Assembly: GCA_050115495.1 (NCBI GenBank)
Contig: JASFQK010000031.1
Location: forward strand, 19,113 to 83,112
Length of the DNA stretch: 64,000 nt
Direction: 5' to 3'
Origin: Phycisphaerae bacterium
GTDB taxonomy: Bacteria > Planctomycetota > Phycisphaerae > UBA1845 > Fen-1342
This document shows positions 1 through 8,739 of the stretch, piece by piece; positions within the stretch are counted from its first letter, which is position 1, and the number at the start of each line of letters is the position of its first letter. The notes below the pieces were generated by a model. The model was not told where the DNA came from and did not search any database. It saw only the letters and a list, made by a program, of their open reading frames with translations. The translations under genes and the position numbers were made by a program.

Positions 1-323
1 ACTTCCCCGAGCGTTCGTGGCGGGGCCAGGTCAGTCGGCAAGCCCTGCGCGATGCGCGCAAAGATTGCCGTTCGCCGCTGCCGTACGCGTGACACCTCGG
101 CCAGCAGATCTGACTCTCTCACGGAGCAGCTCTGCATCCGCTGCGTGTCCGCCGTCTTGATGGCCGCCAGCTTCTCTTCCGCCTGCCCCAGCAACTGCCG
201 CAGCAGCCCCTGGAGGGCCGCCAGGTTCTCGTTCAGTTCCGCCGCACACGCCGCCAGTGCTGCGCTGGGCGTCTCGTCCGGCTGGGCGTGCAGGGCAATC
301 GTCGGTAGACCGTTACGTGTCAT
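1..323 (-). CDS. flgN: FlgN-like flagellar export chaperone (5' part; runs off the window)
   Basis: Not in the ORF track. The ATG at 323-321 overlaps the TGA of the upstream gene (ATGA). Translates MTRNGLPTIALH...LNENLAALQGLLRQLLGQAEEKLAAIKTADTQRMQ...DLLAEVSRVRQRR, a helical pattern, in the position after flgJ. Confidence 0.6.
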   Translation of the reverse strand, partial: MTRNGLPTIALHAQPDETPSAALAACAAELNENLAALQGLLRQLLGQAEEKLAAIKTADTQRMQSCSVRESDLLAEVSRVRQRRTAIFARIAQGLPTDLAPPRTLGE

Positions 324-730
324 CGTGTCTGACCCTCCGCCATCTCTTGAAGCTGCTTCAGCGTGGACCAGCAGACCCCCGGCCAGGTCCTCGTGCTCTT
401 CGGCTGCTCCGCCTCGACCTGCGCCTCCGCCTGCGGCATCTGCGCGCTCTCGGGCGACAGGTACTTCGCGATCTGCGTCACGAGCCCGCCCTGGTCGGCG
501 TTGGCCGCCGCATCGGCCAGCAGTTCGTCGAGCCGCTCCCCAAACACCTCTTCACCGCGACCGCCCCCACCGATCTCCCCACCAAACGGCGATGCCCGCA
601 TCTCGGCCAGCAGCGGCTTGAAGAACAGCTCCGAGACCATCTGCGCCGCGGTCCGGCGAACCAGCACCGGATCGTGCGGGTCGAGCGGCGTAGCCGCCGA
701 GGAAGCAGATTGGATGGCCGATACGCTCAT
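320..730 (-). CDS. flgJ: Rod-binding protein, FlgJ N-terminal-like (no muramidase domain)
   Basis: AAQMVSELFFKPLLAEMR...GGRGEEVFGERLDELLA...GGLVTQIAKYL resembles the rod-binding domain; directly after flgI. Confidence 0.75.
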   Translation of the reverse strand: MSVSAIQSASSAATPLDPHDPVLVRRTAAQMVSELFFKPLLAEMRASPFGGEIGGGGRGEEVFGERLDELLADAAANADQGGLVTQIAKYLSPESAQMPQAEAQVEAEQPKSTRTWPGVCWSTLKQLQEMAEGQTR

Positions 731-739
731 GTCCGCGAC

Positions 740-1939
740 CTATTCCTCGTACCGCAATTGCGCGTGCAGCGTCCCGCTCCTATGCAGGTGCTCGATCGCC
801 GCGATCATCTGCTCCGGGCTGACCCGCAGTGCCGACAGCGTCTCCAGCAGCTCCTGGAACTGCACCCCGCCCGTCGCCTGTGGATCCAGACCGACCACGC
901 CACCCGCGCCCCCCTGCCCCGGCGCTCCGACCGAAACCGTGCCGAAACCCGGAATCTGGAGCACCGTCGGCGAAATCGTCACCGTGCCCGTGAACGAGAT
1001 GTTTCGCGTCACGCGGTTGATCGTTACCCGGGCCTGCTGTGCCGGCGGGTCGAACAGCTCCGATTGCAGCACCCGGCTGATGAACGCCGCCGGCTGTGGC
1101 AGCTCAGGCGTCGGGATGCGTACGCGCACATTTTTCGGTCCGATAGCCGCGGCCACCTCGGCCTGCACGATGCGTCGTGCCCCGCGGCCGTCCGCATCGT
1201 ACGCCGCCGTCAGCTCACCGTTTGCGTGGTTGATCGCCTTGGCGACCACCTGGGCCCAGGTCCAGCCGGCGTGCTCGTCATCGAGCACGAGCGTGATCGC
1301 CTCGCCCTCGATGAACGAGTAGAAGAAGTCGGCTTCGAGCGTCGCCCCGCCGCGGATGATGCCACGTGTCGGCACCTCCGGATCAGGCAGGTCGATGCGT
1401 CCGCCGGCTAGCGCAAAAATCTGCTGTGTCGTCGGGTCCTGCGGGTCAAACAGCACGAATTGCAGTGGCGTGGTCAGCAACTGCCCGCCGGCCAGGCCCT
1501 CCGCCGCCCCGATCACCGAAACGACGGCGTCCAGCGTCTCGCCTTCGCGAGCCCCGAACTCAGGGATGGTCACCTCGACGGTGACGATGGCCACGCTCTT
1601 GTTGCCCTTCAGATCGTCTTCACTCAGCACGGGGGCCGCGTAGCGCCGGTGCAGGGCCATCAGGGCCCGCATGGTCGAGGCATACCGATCGCCGTCGCCC
1701 GTGCCGGCCAGCCCCACGACCAGCCCGTAACCCATCAGCTTGTTCGTCCGCTGGCCCTGGAGATGGGCCACGTCCTGCACGCGCACGGTGAACGGCCGGC
1801 CGCCGACCGGGGCCGCGTTTGCCGCCGCCGGGCCCGTGGCCTGCACCACCTGCCCGCCGGCCGGCGTCGCACTGCCCAGCACGCCGGCGATCAGCAGTGC
1901 CGTCAAAGCCGCGGCGATGTTCGTCCGTTGAGACTTCAA
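740..1939 (-). CDS. flgI: Flagellar P-ring protein
   Basis: Signal peptide; VRVQDVAHLQGQRTNKLMGYGLVVGLAGTGD; C-terminal IAAIEHLHRSGTLHAQL; TTG start with GAGGA RBS. Confidence 0.92.
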   Translation of the reverse strand: MKSQRTNIAAALTALLIAGVLGSATPAGGQVVQATGPAAANAAPVGGRPFTVRVQDVAHLQGQRTNKLMGYGLVVGLAGTGDGDRYASTMRALMALHRRYAAPVLSEDDLKGNKSVAIVTVEVTIPEFGAREGETLDAVVSVIGAAEGLAGGQLLTTPLQFVLFDPQDPTTQQIFALAGGRIDLPDPEVPTRGIIRGGATLEADFFYSFIEGEAITLVLDDEHAGWTWAQVVAKAINHANGELTAAYDADGRGARRIVQAEVAAAIGPKNVRVRIPTPELPQPAAFISRVLQSELFDPPAQQARVTINRVTRNISFTGTVTISPTVLQIPGFGTVSVGAPGQGGAGGVVGLDPQATGGVQFQELLETLSALRVSPEQMIAAIEHLHRSGTLHAQLRYEE

Positions 1940-1985
1940 GACTTATCCTCGCTGGCCGGGGCACTGGCCCCGGGGCATATCTCGC

Positions 1986-2762
1986 CTAGAACGGCCTCAG
2001 GAAATCGAACGCCCGCATCAGCCACCCGCGCCGTGTCGCGTCGCGCACAGCACCGAGCTCCGGCATGTCCACCTCGAGGTTGGCCAGTTGCGTGCTCAGC
2101 ACGGTGTTCTGGGCCGTGACGTCCTCGCTACGGCATTCGCCGGTCAGCGTGGCGATCACGACCTCGTCGCCCGTCTTGATCCGCTTGCGGGCTTCGAGGA
2201 TGAGATTGCCGTTCGGCTTCACGTCGATCACGGTCGCCGTAATCCGCGTGGTCAGCTCGTCCTTGCGGTCGTACTTGCCCTTGCCGTCGTATTTGTTCTC
2301 GAAGTCGGAGTCGATCCCCGGCGTGCCATCAGGGAACACCTGCGGCACCAGCTTGTCATGCGTGTCCAGCCGCAGCCACTTGGCCAGCTCCCACTTGATC
2401 TGCCAGTTCTTCTGCGATTCCATCTTGGCGTCGTTCAGGCTCGTGCGCGACTCCCGCACGATCACCGTTACCAGGTCGTGCGTGCAAATCTTGCGCGGCT
2501 TCGGTGGCTCCACCCCGATCGGCGAGACCATCACCAGCACTTCGTTCGGCGGCGGCGCATCGTCCACGCGCGACGCCGGCCGAATGCCGATCCCCGCCGA
2601 CGTCGGCACCGGCTGGCTGACGACCGGCTGTGACGTCGGCGCCGGCCGCGAGCGCTGCCCGCGCAATAACGAGTTGCTCTGCGCCGCCGCGGGCACCGCG
2701 ACCAGCCCACAGGCCAGCCACACGGCCCCCGCGCATCTCAGGTGCAAACGAGCGTGCATCAT
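1986..2762 (-). CDS. flgH: Flagellar L-ring protein
   Basis: DLVTVIVRE; ITATVIDVKPNGNLILEARKRI; LTGECRSEDVTAQNTVLSTQLANL; GWLMRAFDFLRPF. Confidence 0.92.
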   Translation of the reverse strand: MMHARLHLRCAGAVWLACGLVAVPAAAQSNSLLRGQRSRPAPTSQPVVSQPVPTSAGIGIRPASRVDDAPPPNEVLVMVSPIGVEPPKPRKICTHDLVTVIVRESRTSLNDAKMESQKNWQIKWELAKWLRLDTHDKLVPQVFPDGTPGIDSDFENKYDGKGKYDRKDELTTRITATVIDVKPNGNLILEARKRIKTGDEVVIATLTGECRSEDVTAQNTVLSTQLANLEVDMPELGAVRDATRRGWLMRAFDFLRPF

Positions 2763-3799
2763 CCTTCCTCCATCACCTGTACCGTGCCCACGCCGGTGAC
2801 GATCCCGCGCAGAATCGTCCGACTTCGCCGGGCGTCGCCCAGGCGCACGCGCACGGCGTCCCCGTAATTGCCGTTGTCCAGGGCCGTCCCCGTGAGGTGC
2901 ACCTGCACGTTGCGACCCGAGCTCAGCACCTTGACCGGCCGCGAACGCTGCACCAGCTCCACGGCCTTCAGATCGCCGCGGGCCACCATCTGGTCGGCCG
3001 GCACAAACTGCGCCACCTGCTGACCCACGACCTGTTCGAGCCGATCCGGCCCGATGTCCTCCTCACGCTCGAAGAGGCGTGCCTCCAGCGCAATCTCTTC
3101 CCGCCGCACGAACGACCCCACGTTCAGCGGCCGCCGGGCCACCACGACCTCCTTGGACAGACGCACGCGCACGAAGACGCTCACGGCCCGCACCGTCCGC
3201 CCATCCCGCCGCAGAATGACCCGATACTCGCGCAGCCCCAGCCGCGCCGCCCCCTGCCCGCGAATGGAGAACTCGAACGGCGGTGACGTCAGGTCCAGGA
3301 ACTGCCGAGCGGCCTGCTCGAACTCCAGCTCCGGCGTGCCGCCGAGTCCGGACAGCTCGTCCGTCACGTGCCGCCGCAAGGCCTCAGCCAGCGTGCCTGC
3401 CCCGGCGAGCACCCCATTCTCCGCCTCGAGCGCCGCCGGCGCTAAGATCACCTCGGCCGGCTGCGGCGGACGCAGTGTGACCTGGCAGCTCATCGCCCCG
3501 CCCAGCAGCACACCGCCCAGGTCCACGCCCAGCTCACGCAGCCGGCGTTCAATCTGCTCGTGGGTCACCGCCACCGTCGACGCCCCACCCTCCGGCACCG
3601 ACAGCGACTGCCCGCCGACGGCCTGCCGCAGGGACGACCTCGCCGGCTGGAACAGCAATACGTCGTCGAAGGTGACCTGCTCGCCCCAGACCAGTGCCTG
3701 CGGGCGGAGCTTCAGGGAAACCACGTCGGTCGGCGACGGGTCCGCCGCCTGCCCCGTGCCCAGGGCCGCCGCAATCAGGATGATGCCGAGCATGCGCAT
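2759..3799 (-). CDS. flgA: Flagellar P-ring formation chaperone
   Basis: SAF-like VVVARRPLNVGSFVRREEI; C-terminal GTALDNGNYGDAVRVR; lies between flgG and flgH. Confidence 0.88.
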   Translation of the reverse strand: MRMLGIILIAAALGTGQAADPSPTDVVSLKLRPQALVWGEQVTFDDVLLFQPARSSLRQAVGGQSLSVPEGGASTVAVTHEQIERRLRELGVDLGGVLLGGAMSCQVTLRPPQPAEVILAPAALEAENGVLAGAGTLAEALRRHVTDELSGLGGTPELEFEQAARQFLDLTSPPFEFSIRGQGAARLGLREYRVILRRDGRTVRAVSVFVRVRLSKEVVVARRPLNVGSFVRREEIALEARLFEREEDIGPDRLEQVVGQQVAQFVPADQMVARGDLKAVELVQRSRPVKVLSSGRNVQVHLTGTALDNGNYGDAVRVRLGDARRSRTILRGIVTGVGTVQVMEEG

Positions 3800-3834
3800 T
3801 TCCTGCACCTCAATGCTTAGCCGCTACCCGGGCG

Positions 3835-4635
3835 TTACCGCCTCAGGTTGGCGACGACCTGCAACGACTCGTTGGCCGCCTGGATCGTCTGCGAGTTCAT
3901 CTGGAACACCCGCTGCGTCTTGATCAGCTCCACCAACTCGGTGACCGCCTCGGTCGTGCTCGACTCGAGGTTGCCGCCCATCACCGTCCCCAGCCCGTTC
4001 TCGCCGGCGACGCCCTGGATCGGCTCGCCCGACGCGGGGCTTTGCAGGTACAGATTCGAGCCGTACTGGATCAGCCCCTCGGGGTTCGGGAAGCGGGCCA
4101 GCTCGAGCTGCCCCACCACCGTCGCCTGGGCGTTGTCGTCGATCACCGTGATCTCGCCGTTACTGCCGATGGCGATCCGCTCGGGCGGGATGTTCGTATC
4201 GATCGTGATGCCGTCCGCGAGCCGGTGGCCGAAGTTGTTGCCCAGCACCAGTTCGCCGTCGGCGTTACGCACCAGGTTGCCGTAACGCGTGTAGGCCACG
4301 CCGCCGCCGGGCAGTTCCACGCGGAAGAAGCCGTCGCCCTGGATCATGGCGTCGAGCGTTCGTCCGGTGAGCTCGGCCGACCCCTGGTGGAACATGATCT
4401 GCGTGTTGGCCAGGGCCGTGCCCAGGCCGATCTGCGTGCCCAGGGGCGACGTCGTCTCGGCGCTGGTCTGCACGCCCGGCTGGGCGTACATCTGGTACAG
4501 CAGATCCTGGAAGTTGGCCCGCGAGGCCTTGTAGCCGTGCGTGTTCGCGTTAGCGATGTTGTGCGCGATGACGTCGATCTTCGTGGACAGGGCTTGCATC
4601 CCCGTCGCGGCTGTATGCAAAGCGCTTATCGCCAT
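3835..4635 (-). CDS. flgG: Flagellar basal-body distal rod protein
   Basis: ALHTAATGM...IAHNIANANTHGYK...FQDLLYQ; LESSTTEAVTELVELIKTQRVFQMNS; GGAGGAG RBS supports the ATG at 4635. Confidence 0.93.
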   Translation of the reverse strand: MAISALHTAATGMQALSTKIDVIAHNIANANTHGYKASRANFQDLLYQMYAQPGVQTSAETTSPLGTQIGLGTALANTQIMFHQGSAELTGRTLDAMIQGDGFFRVELPGGGVAYTRYGNLVRNADGELVLGNNFGHRLADGITIDTNIPPERIAIGSNGEITVIDDNAQATVVGQLELARFPNPEGLIQYGSNLYLQSPASGEPIQGVAGENGLGTVMGGNLESSTTEAVTELVELIKTQRVFQMNSQTIQAANESLQVVANLRR

Positions 4636-4677
4636 CGCGAACACTCCTCCGTTTCAACGTTCGTTCTGATCCCGCGC

Positions 4678-5427
4678 TTAGCGGGCCAGCAGATTGATCA
4701 GCCGGCTGGCCGACTGATCCTGCAGCGAGAGCATGCGGGCGTTGATCTCGTACGCCCGCGCGGTCTCGATCATGCCTACCAGTTCCTGCACCGGGTCGAC
4801 GCTCGACGCCTCCACCTTGCCCGACAGCACCCGGGCCACCGACGGAATCGTCGCCGTCTCCCCCGCATCGAACCGCCCCGACCCGGCGTGCCGCAGCGCG
4901 TCCCGGTCGGCGAAGTCGACCACCGCCAACTGCCCGACGATCACGCCGTCCTGCACGACGCGGCCGTCCTCGTCGCAGCTCGGCTTTCCCCCGAACGGAT
5001 TCACCTGGACCGGCGCCCCGGACGGGCCGAGCATGGGCGCTCCGTCCGTCGCACTGCGCACCTGACCGGTGTCGTCCACCATCAGCCGGCCGTCACGCGT
5101 GTACAGCACGCGCCCGTCCGCTTCGGTCACCAGGAAACCCGGACCGTCCAGGGCGACGTCCATCTCATTCCCCGTCTCCACGAGCGTGCCCTGGCTCCAG
5201 TCCGTGTACGTCTGTCCCAGCCACAGCCCCCCGGACAATGCCTCCAGCCCCACCGCGCTCGGACCCTGACGTCCCCCGCTCACGCTCTCCGGCTCACGCT
5301 CGGCGAGTACGGCGACTTCCTGCTTGAAGCCGACCGTCTCCGCGTTCGCCAGGTTGTTGGCGATCACGTTCTGCTCGTATTCGCGGGTCATCATGCCCGC
5401 CGCAGAGTGATACAGCCCGTAGATCAT
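4678..5427 (-). CDS. flgF: Flagellar basal-body rod protein FlgF
   Basis: MIYGLYHSAAGM...IANNLANAETVGFK; YTRDGRL; EASSVDPVQELVGMIETARAYEINARM; immediately upstream of flgG. Confidence 0.85.
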   Translation of the reverse strand: MIYGLYHSAAGMMTREYEQNVIANNLANAETVGFKQEVAVLAEREPESVSGGRQGPSAVGLEALSGGLWLGQTYTDWSQGTLVETGNEMDVALDGPGFLVTEADGRVLYTRDGRLMVDDTGQVRSATDGAPMLGPSGAPVQVNPFGGKPSCDEDGRVVQDGVIVGQLAVVDFADRDALRHAGSGRFDAGETATIPSVARVLSGKVEASSVDPVQELVGMIETARAYEINARMLSLQDQSASRLINLLAR

Positions 5428-5660
5428 GACTGACATTCCTCAATGGAGCGGATGGCGGCGGATGCCGGCGTCATCGCGTTGCGCAAGGCGAGTTCATCCG
5501 TGGCTCGCCGCAACGCCTCAGCCAGCACCCGCCGCCCCAGTTCGCTCCAGTCCCGCGGCGTGGAGTCCGTCGTCGGCAGCGGACGGCCATCGCATTCGCC
5601 TGTCACCGCCGGCTCAGCGGTGAACCATGACGTCGCGATGCGCTGTGTCTGCCGAGGCAT
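5424..5660 (-). CDS. Small hypothetical protein (78 aa) heading the flagellar operon
   Basis: AAGGAG RBS 7 nt before the ATG at 5660 (MPRQTQRIATSWF...). The stop overlaps the flgF start (ATGA). Confidence 0.5.
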   Translation of the reverse strand: MPRQTQRIATSWFTAEPAVTGECDGRPLPTTDSTPRDWSELGRRVLAEALRRATDELALRNAMTPASAAIRSIEECQS

Positions 5661-5737
5661 ACCGTTACTCCTTCGCCGTGCACTGCGCGCGCCGCCGTCC
5701 GTGGCGGCCGACCGCGTAGCACTCGCTGCCCCTCTTC

Positions 5738-5753
5738 TGCACAGGCCGTGCCA
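5738..5753 (-). promoter_or_regulatory. Sigma54 (-24/-12) promoter of the flagellar operon
   Basis: Minus strand TGGCACGGCCTGTGCA = GG-N10-GC, close to the TGGCAC-N5-TTGCA consensus; about 80 nt upstream of the first ORF. Confidence 0.7.
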
Positions 5754-5946
5754 ACGCGGTGCGCCGCGCATGCCAGAAGGCGCGGCACCGCGCGCGAATT
5801 GGCTAAAATGACGTGTTTTGCTGCGTTTTCGCGAAGTCTGTCGCCGGCTGTCGCCGCACGCGCCGCCCACCCGTCATCAGCAGCACTTGCGCCCGCCGCG
5901 CAGACCGTGCCGACCCGCCCCCGCCCGTTATCGGCCTCCCCCACCC

Positions 5947-5978
5947 CGTAGCGTCCGGGCTCCGTACCGGACGTCTTC
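5947..5978 (+). repeat. GTAG-type REP-like palindrome (second copy at 63484-63515)
   Basis: GTAG followed by hairpin CGTCCGG-N8-CCGGACG; 31/32 identical to 63484-63515. Confidence 0.75.
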
Positions 5979-6125
5979 CCTCTACACCAGAGGCAAATGT
6001 CTTTGGCCGGCAGATCCATTAGTGTATATTGAATCTGTGGCTCGTCGGTCTCGGCCGAGCTGACGGGCGATAATCACGTTGTTCTCGGGCGATCATTCGA
6101 CATCCAGACAGGGAAGGGAAACGCG

Positions 6126-8576
6126 ATGACTGCGCGCTTCTATTATGGGCTGTGGACGGTCCTGCTCGTCCTCGCCCTCGGCTGGCTCGCGCCGGCGCAA
6201 GGTCCGTTATTCTGGACCGGGGGCTTCACCGCCCCCGGCACCGATGGCCAGGTTCTGGCTCTGGTGGCGTTCGACGACGGCAGCGGGCCTGCCGTGATTA
6301 TGGGCGGCGACTTCACGACCGCCGCCGGTTTGACGACCGGCAACATCGTCAAGTGGGATGGTTCAACGTTCACGCCGCTCGGCGACGGCCTCGACGGTCC
6401 CGTGCGCGCTTTGGCCGTGCTCGACGACGGGCGCGGGCCGGCGTTATATGCGGGCGGCACATTCACCACCGCCGGCGGCGCCGCGGCGCTCAACATCGCT
6501 CGCTGGGACGGTAGCACTTGGTCCGCCGTGGATACCGGACTCAGCGGCGATGTGCATGCGCTCACAGTGTTCGCCGATGAGCGCGGACCGGCGTTGTACG
6601 CAGGCGGCGCGTTCAGCACCGCCGGCGACACACCGGCATCGTGTGTCGCCCGCTGGGACGGCACGTCGTGGTCTGCGCTGGATGAAGGTCTCGACGCCGG
6701 CGAACCGACATGTGCGCACGCCTTTGTCGTGTTTGACGACGGGCGCGGGCCGGCGCTGTACGTCGCCGGCCGCTTCACCGAGGCCGGCGACGTGCACGCC
6801 AACCGCGTCGCCCGCTGGGACGGCACCGCGTGGTCCGCCGTCGGCTGGGGCATGAACACCGACGTCTATGCGCTGGCCGTCTTCGATCCGCCGGATCGGG
6901 ATGGCCCCGTGCTCTGCGCCGGGGGCTGGTTCACCATGGCCGATAACCAGCCGGCCAACCGCATCGCCTCCTGGGACGGACAGGCATGGTCTGCGCTCGG
7001 CGACGGCATGGCCGGCGAGGACTTCCCGCCCGTCTACGCTCTTGCCGTCCACGACGACGGCGCGGGCGAAGCGCTGTACGTCGGCGGCGCGTTCACGCTG
7101 GCCGGCGGCCTGAGCACGCCCTACATCGCCCGCTGGGATGGCATCACCTTCAGCCCCGTCGGCGAAGCGCTCGACGCCCCCGTCCGCGCCCTGTTGAGCA
7201 CGGACGGCGAGACCGGGCCGACGCTCTACGCCGGCGGCGACTTCCGCAATCCACCACGACACGTCGCCGAATGGAACGGCGCGACGTGGACGGCCGTCGA
7301 CGGTGGCCACGGCATGACCGGTCAGATCGACGCGCTGGCGGTCTTCGACGACGGCGACGGCACGGCGCTCTACGCCGGCGGAGCCTTCACCGCCGCCGGT
7401 CGTCTGCCCGCCGCCCATATCGCCCGTTGGAATGGCTGGTCCTGGACAGCGCTGGGCAGCGGCCTGGGCGGCGTGGAGGATCCGACGATTCAGGCCTTCG
7501 CGGTCTATGACGACGGCAATGAGCGTACGCTGTGTGTGGCCGGCCGCTTCACTACGGCCGACACGGTCAGCGCCGCGCACATCGCCTGCTGGAACGGCGA
7601 CACCTTCGCCGCGCTCGGCGAGGGTGTCGGCGGCGTGCCCGTACCCATCATCCACGCCCTGGCTGTCTTCGACGATGGACGCGGGCCGGCCCTCTACGCC
7701 GGCGGTGACTTCCTCACCGCCGGCGGCCAGCCCGCCGCGCACATCGCCCGCTGGGATGGCCAGGCGTGGTCCGCCGTCGGCAGCGGACTCAACGATCGTG
7801 TCTACGCCCTGACCGCCTTCGACGACGGACGCGGCCCAGCCCTCTACGCCGGCGGAGCCTTCACCGCCGCCGGCAGCGTACCCGTCAGCTACATTGCCCG
7901 CTGGGACGGCCAGACGTGGTCGGAGCTGGACGGCGGCACGAACGGTCCGGTCCACGCCCTGGCTCCCGCCGAAGCCCTCGGTAGTTCGCTGTTGTACGCC
8001 GGCGGGTGGTTCAGCAACGCCGGCGGCCGAAGCGCTCTGCACGTTGCGCGTTGGGACGGGCAGGCGTGGTCCGCGCTGGGCGCCGGGCTGTCGAACACCG
8101 TCCGCGTCCTGAAGTACGTGGAGCGCTGGCCGATGCCGGGCCTCTACGCCGGCGGCAGCTTCATGAGCAGCGGCGGGACGAGCGTGCCGTACGTCGCCCG
8201 TTGGGACGGACTGGACTGGACGGATTTCGACACCGGCATGGACGACGAGGTTTATGCGCTGGCGTTCTTCGACGACGGCGCGAACGACGCCCTGTACGTC
8301 GGCGGACGGTTCCGCAGCGCCGGCGGCATCCCGTCCGACGGTATCGCCCGCTGGGGCGGCGAGGTCAGCGGTCTGCTCGGTGACGTGAACTGCGACGGCG
8401 ACGTGAACAACTTCGACATCACCCCGTTCGTCGTGTTGATCACCGACATACCGCCCGACTATCCCAACTACTACAACCGCTGGCCCGACTGCGACCACAC
8501 GCTCGGCGATGTGAACGGCGATGGACAGATCAACAACTTCGACATCGCCCCGTTCATCGCCCTGATCACGCGCTGA
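6126..8576 (+). CDS. Secreted multi-repeat beta-propeller protein with C-terminal dockerin-like domain
   Basis: Signal peptide; more than 10 repeats of 'VxALAVFDDGRGPALYAGGxFTxAGG...IARWDGxxWSxLG'; twin GDVNxDGxxNNFDIxPF Ca-binding loops at the C-terminus. Confidence 0.85.
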   Translation: MTARFYYGLWTVLLVLALGWLAPAQGPLFWTGGFTAPGTDGQVLALVAFDDGSGPAVIMGGDFTTAAGLTTGNIVKWDGSTFTPLGDGLDGPVRALAVLDDGRGPALYAGGTFTTAGGAAALNIARWDGSTWSAVDTGLSGDVHALTVFADERGPALYAGGAFSTAGDTPASCVARWDGTSWSALDEGLDAGEPTCAHAFVVFDDGRGPALYVAGRFTEAGDVHANRVARWDGTAWSAVGWGMNTDVYALAVFDPPDRDGPVLCAGGWFTMADNQPANRIASWDGQAWSALGDGMAGEDFPPVYALAVHDDGAGEALYVGGAFTLAGGLSTPYIARWDGITFSPVGEALDAPVRALLSTDGETGPTLYAGGDFRNPPRHVAEWNGATWTAVDGGHGMTGQIDALAVFDDGDGTALYAGGAFTAAGRLPAAHIARWNGWSWTALGSGLGGVEDPTIQAFAVYDDGNERTLCVAGRFTTADTVSAAHIACWNGDTFAALGEGVGGVPVPIIHALAVFDDGRGPALYAGGDFLTAGGQPAAHIARWDGQAWSAVGSGLNDRVYALTAFDDGRGPALYAGGAFTAAGSVPVSYIARWDGQTWSELDGGTNGPVHALAPAEALGSSLLYAGGWFSNAGGRSALHVARWDGQAWSALGAGLSNTVRVLKYVERWPMPGLYAGGSFMSSGGTSVPYVARWDGLDWTDFDTGMDDEVYALAFFDDGANDALYVGGRFRSAGGIPSDGIARWGGEVSGLLGDVNCDGDVNNFDITPFVVLITDIPPDYPNYYNRWPDCDHTLGDVNGDGQINNFDIAPFIALITR

Positions 8577-8611
8577 GCCGACCGCGAGGGCGAGCGCCTC
8601 TCGACGATCGA

Positions 8612-8693
8612 CGGCCGACACCGAGGTCGGCTGCTACGTTGGCGTGCGAAGCGTTTGTCACATGCGACGTCGGCCACGGGGGGCCGACGCTAC
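8612..8693 (-). repeat. Two GTAG-type REP-like hairpins between convergent genes
   Basis: Minus strand GTAG-CGTCGGCC..GGCCGACG (8668-8693) and GTAG-CAGCCGAC..GTCGGCCG (8612-8637). Confidence 0.6.
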
Positions 8694-8739
8694 GCGCGTT
8701 GTCGGCGGTCGCGGCACGACGGCTGACGCTGCGGGATGA

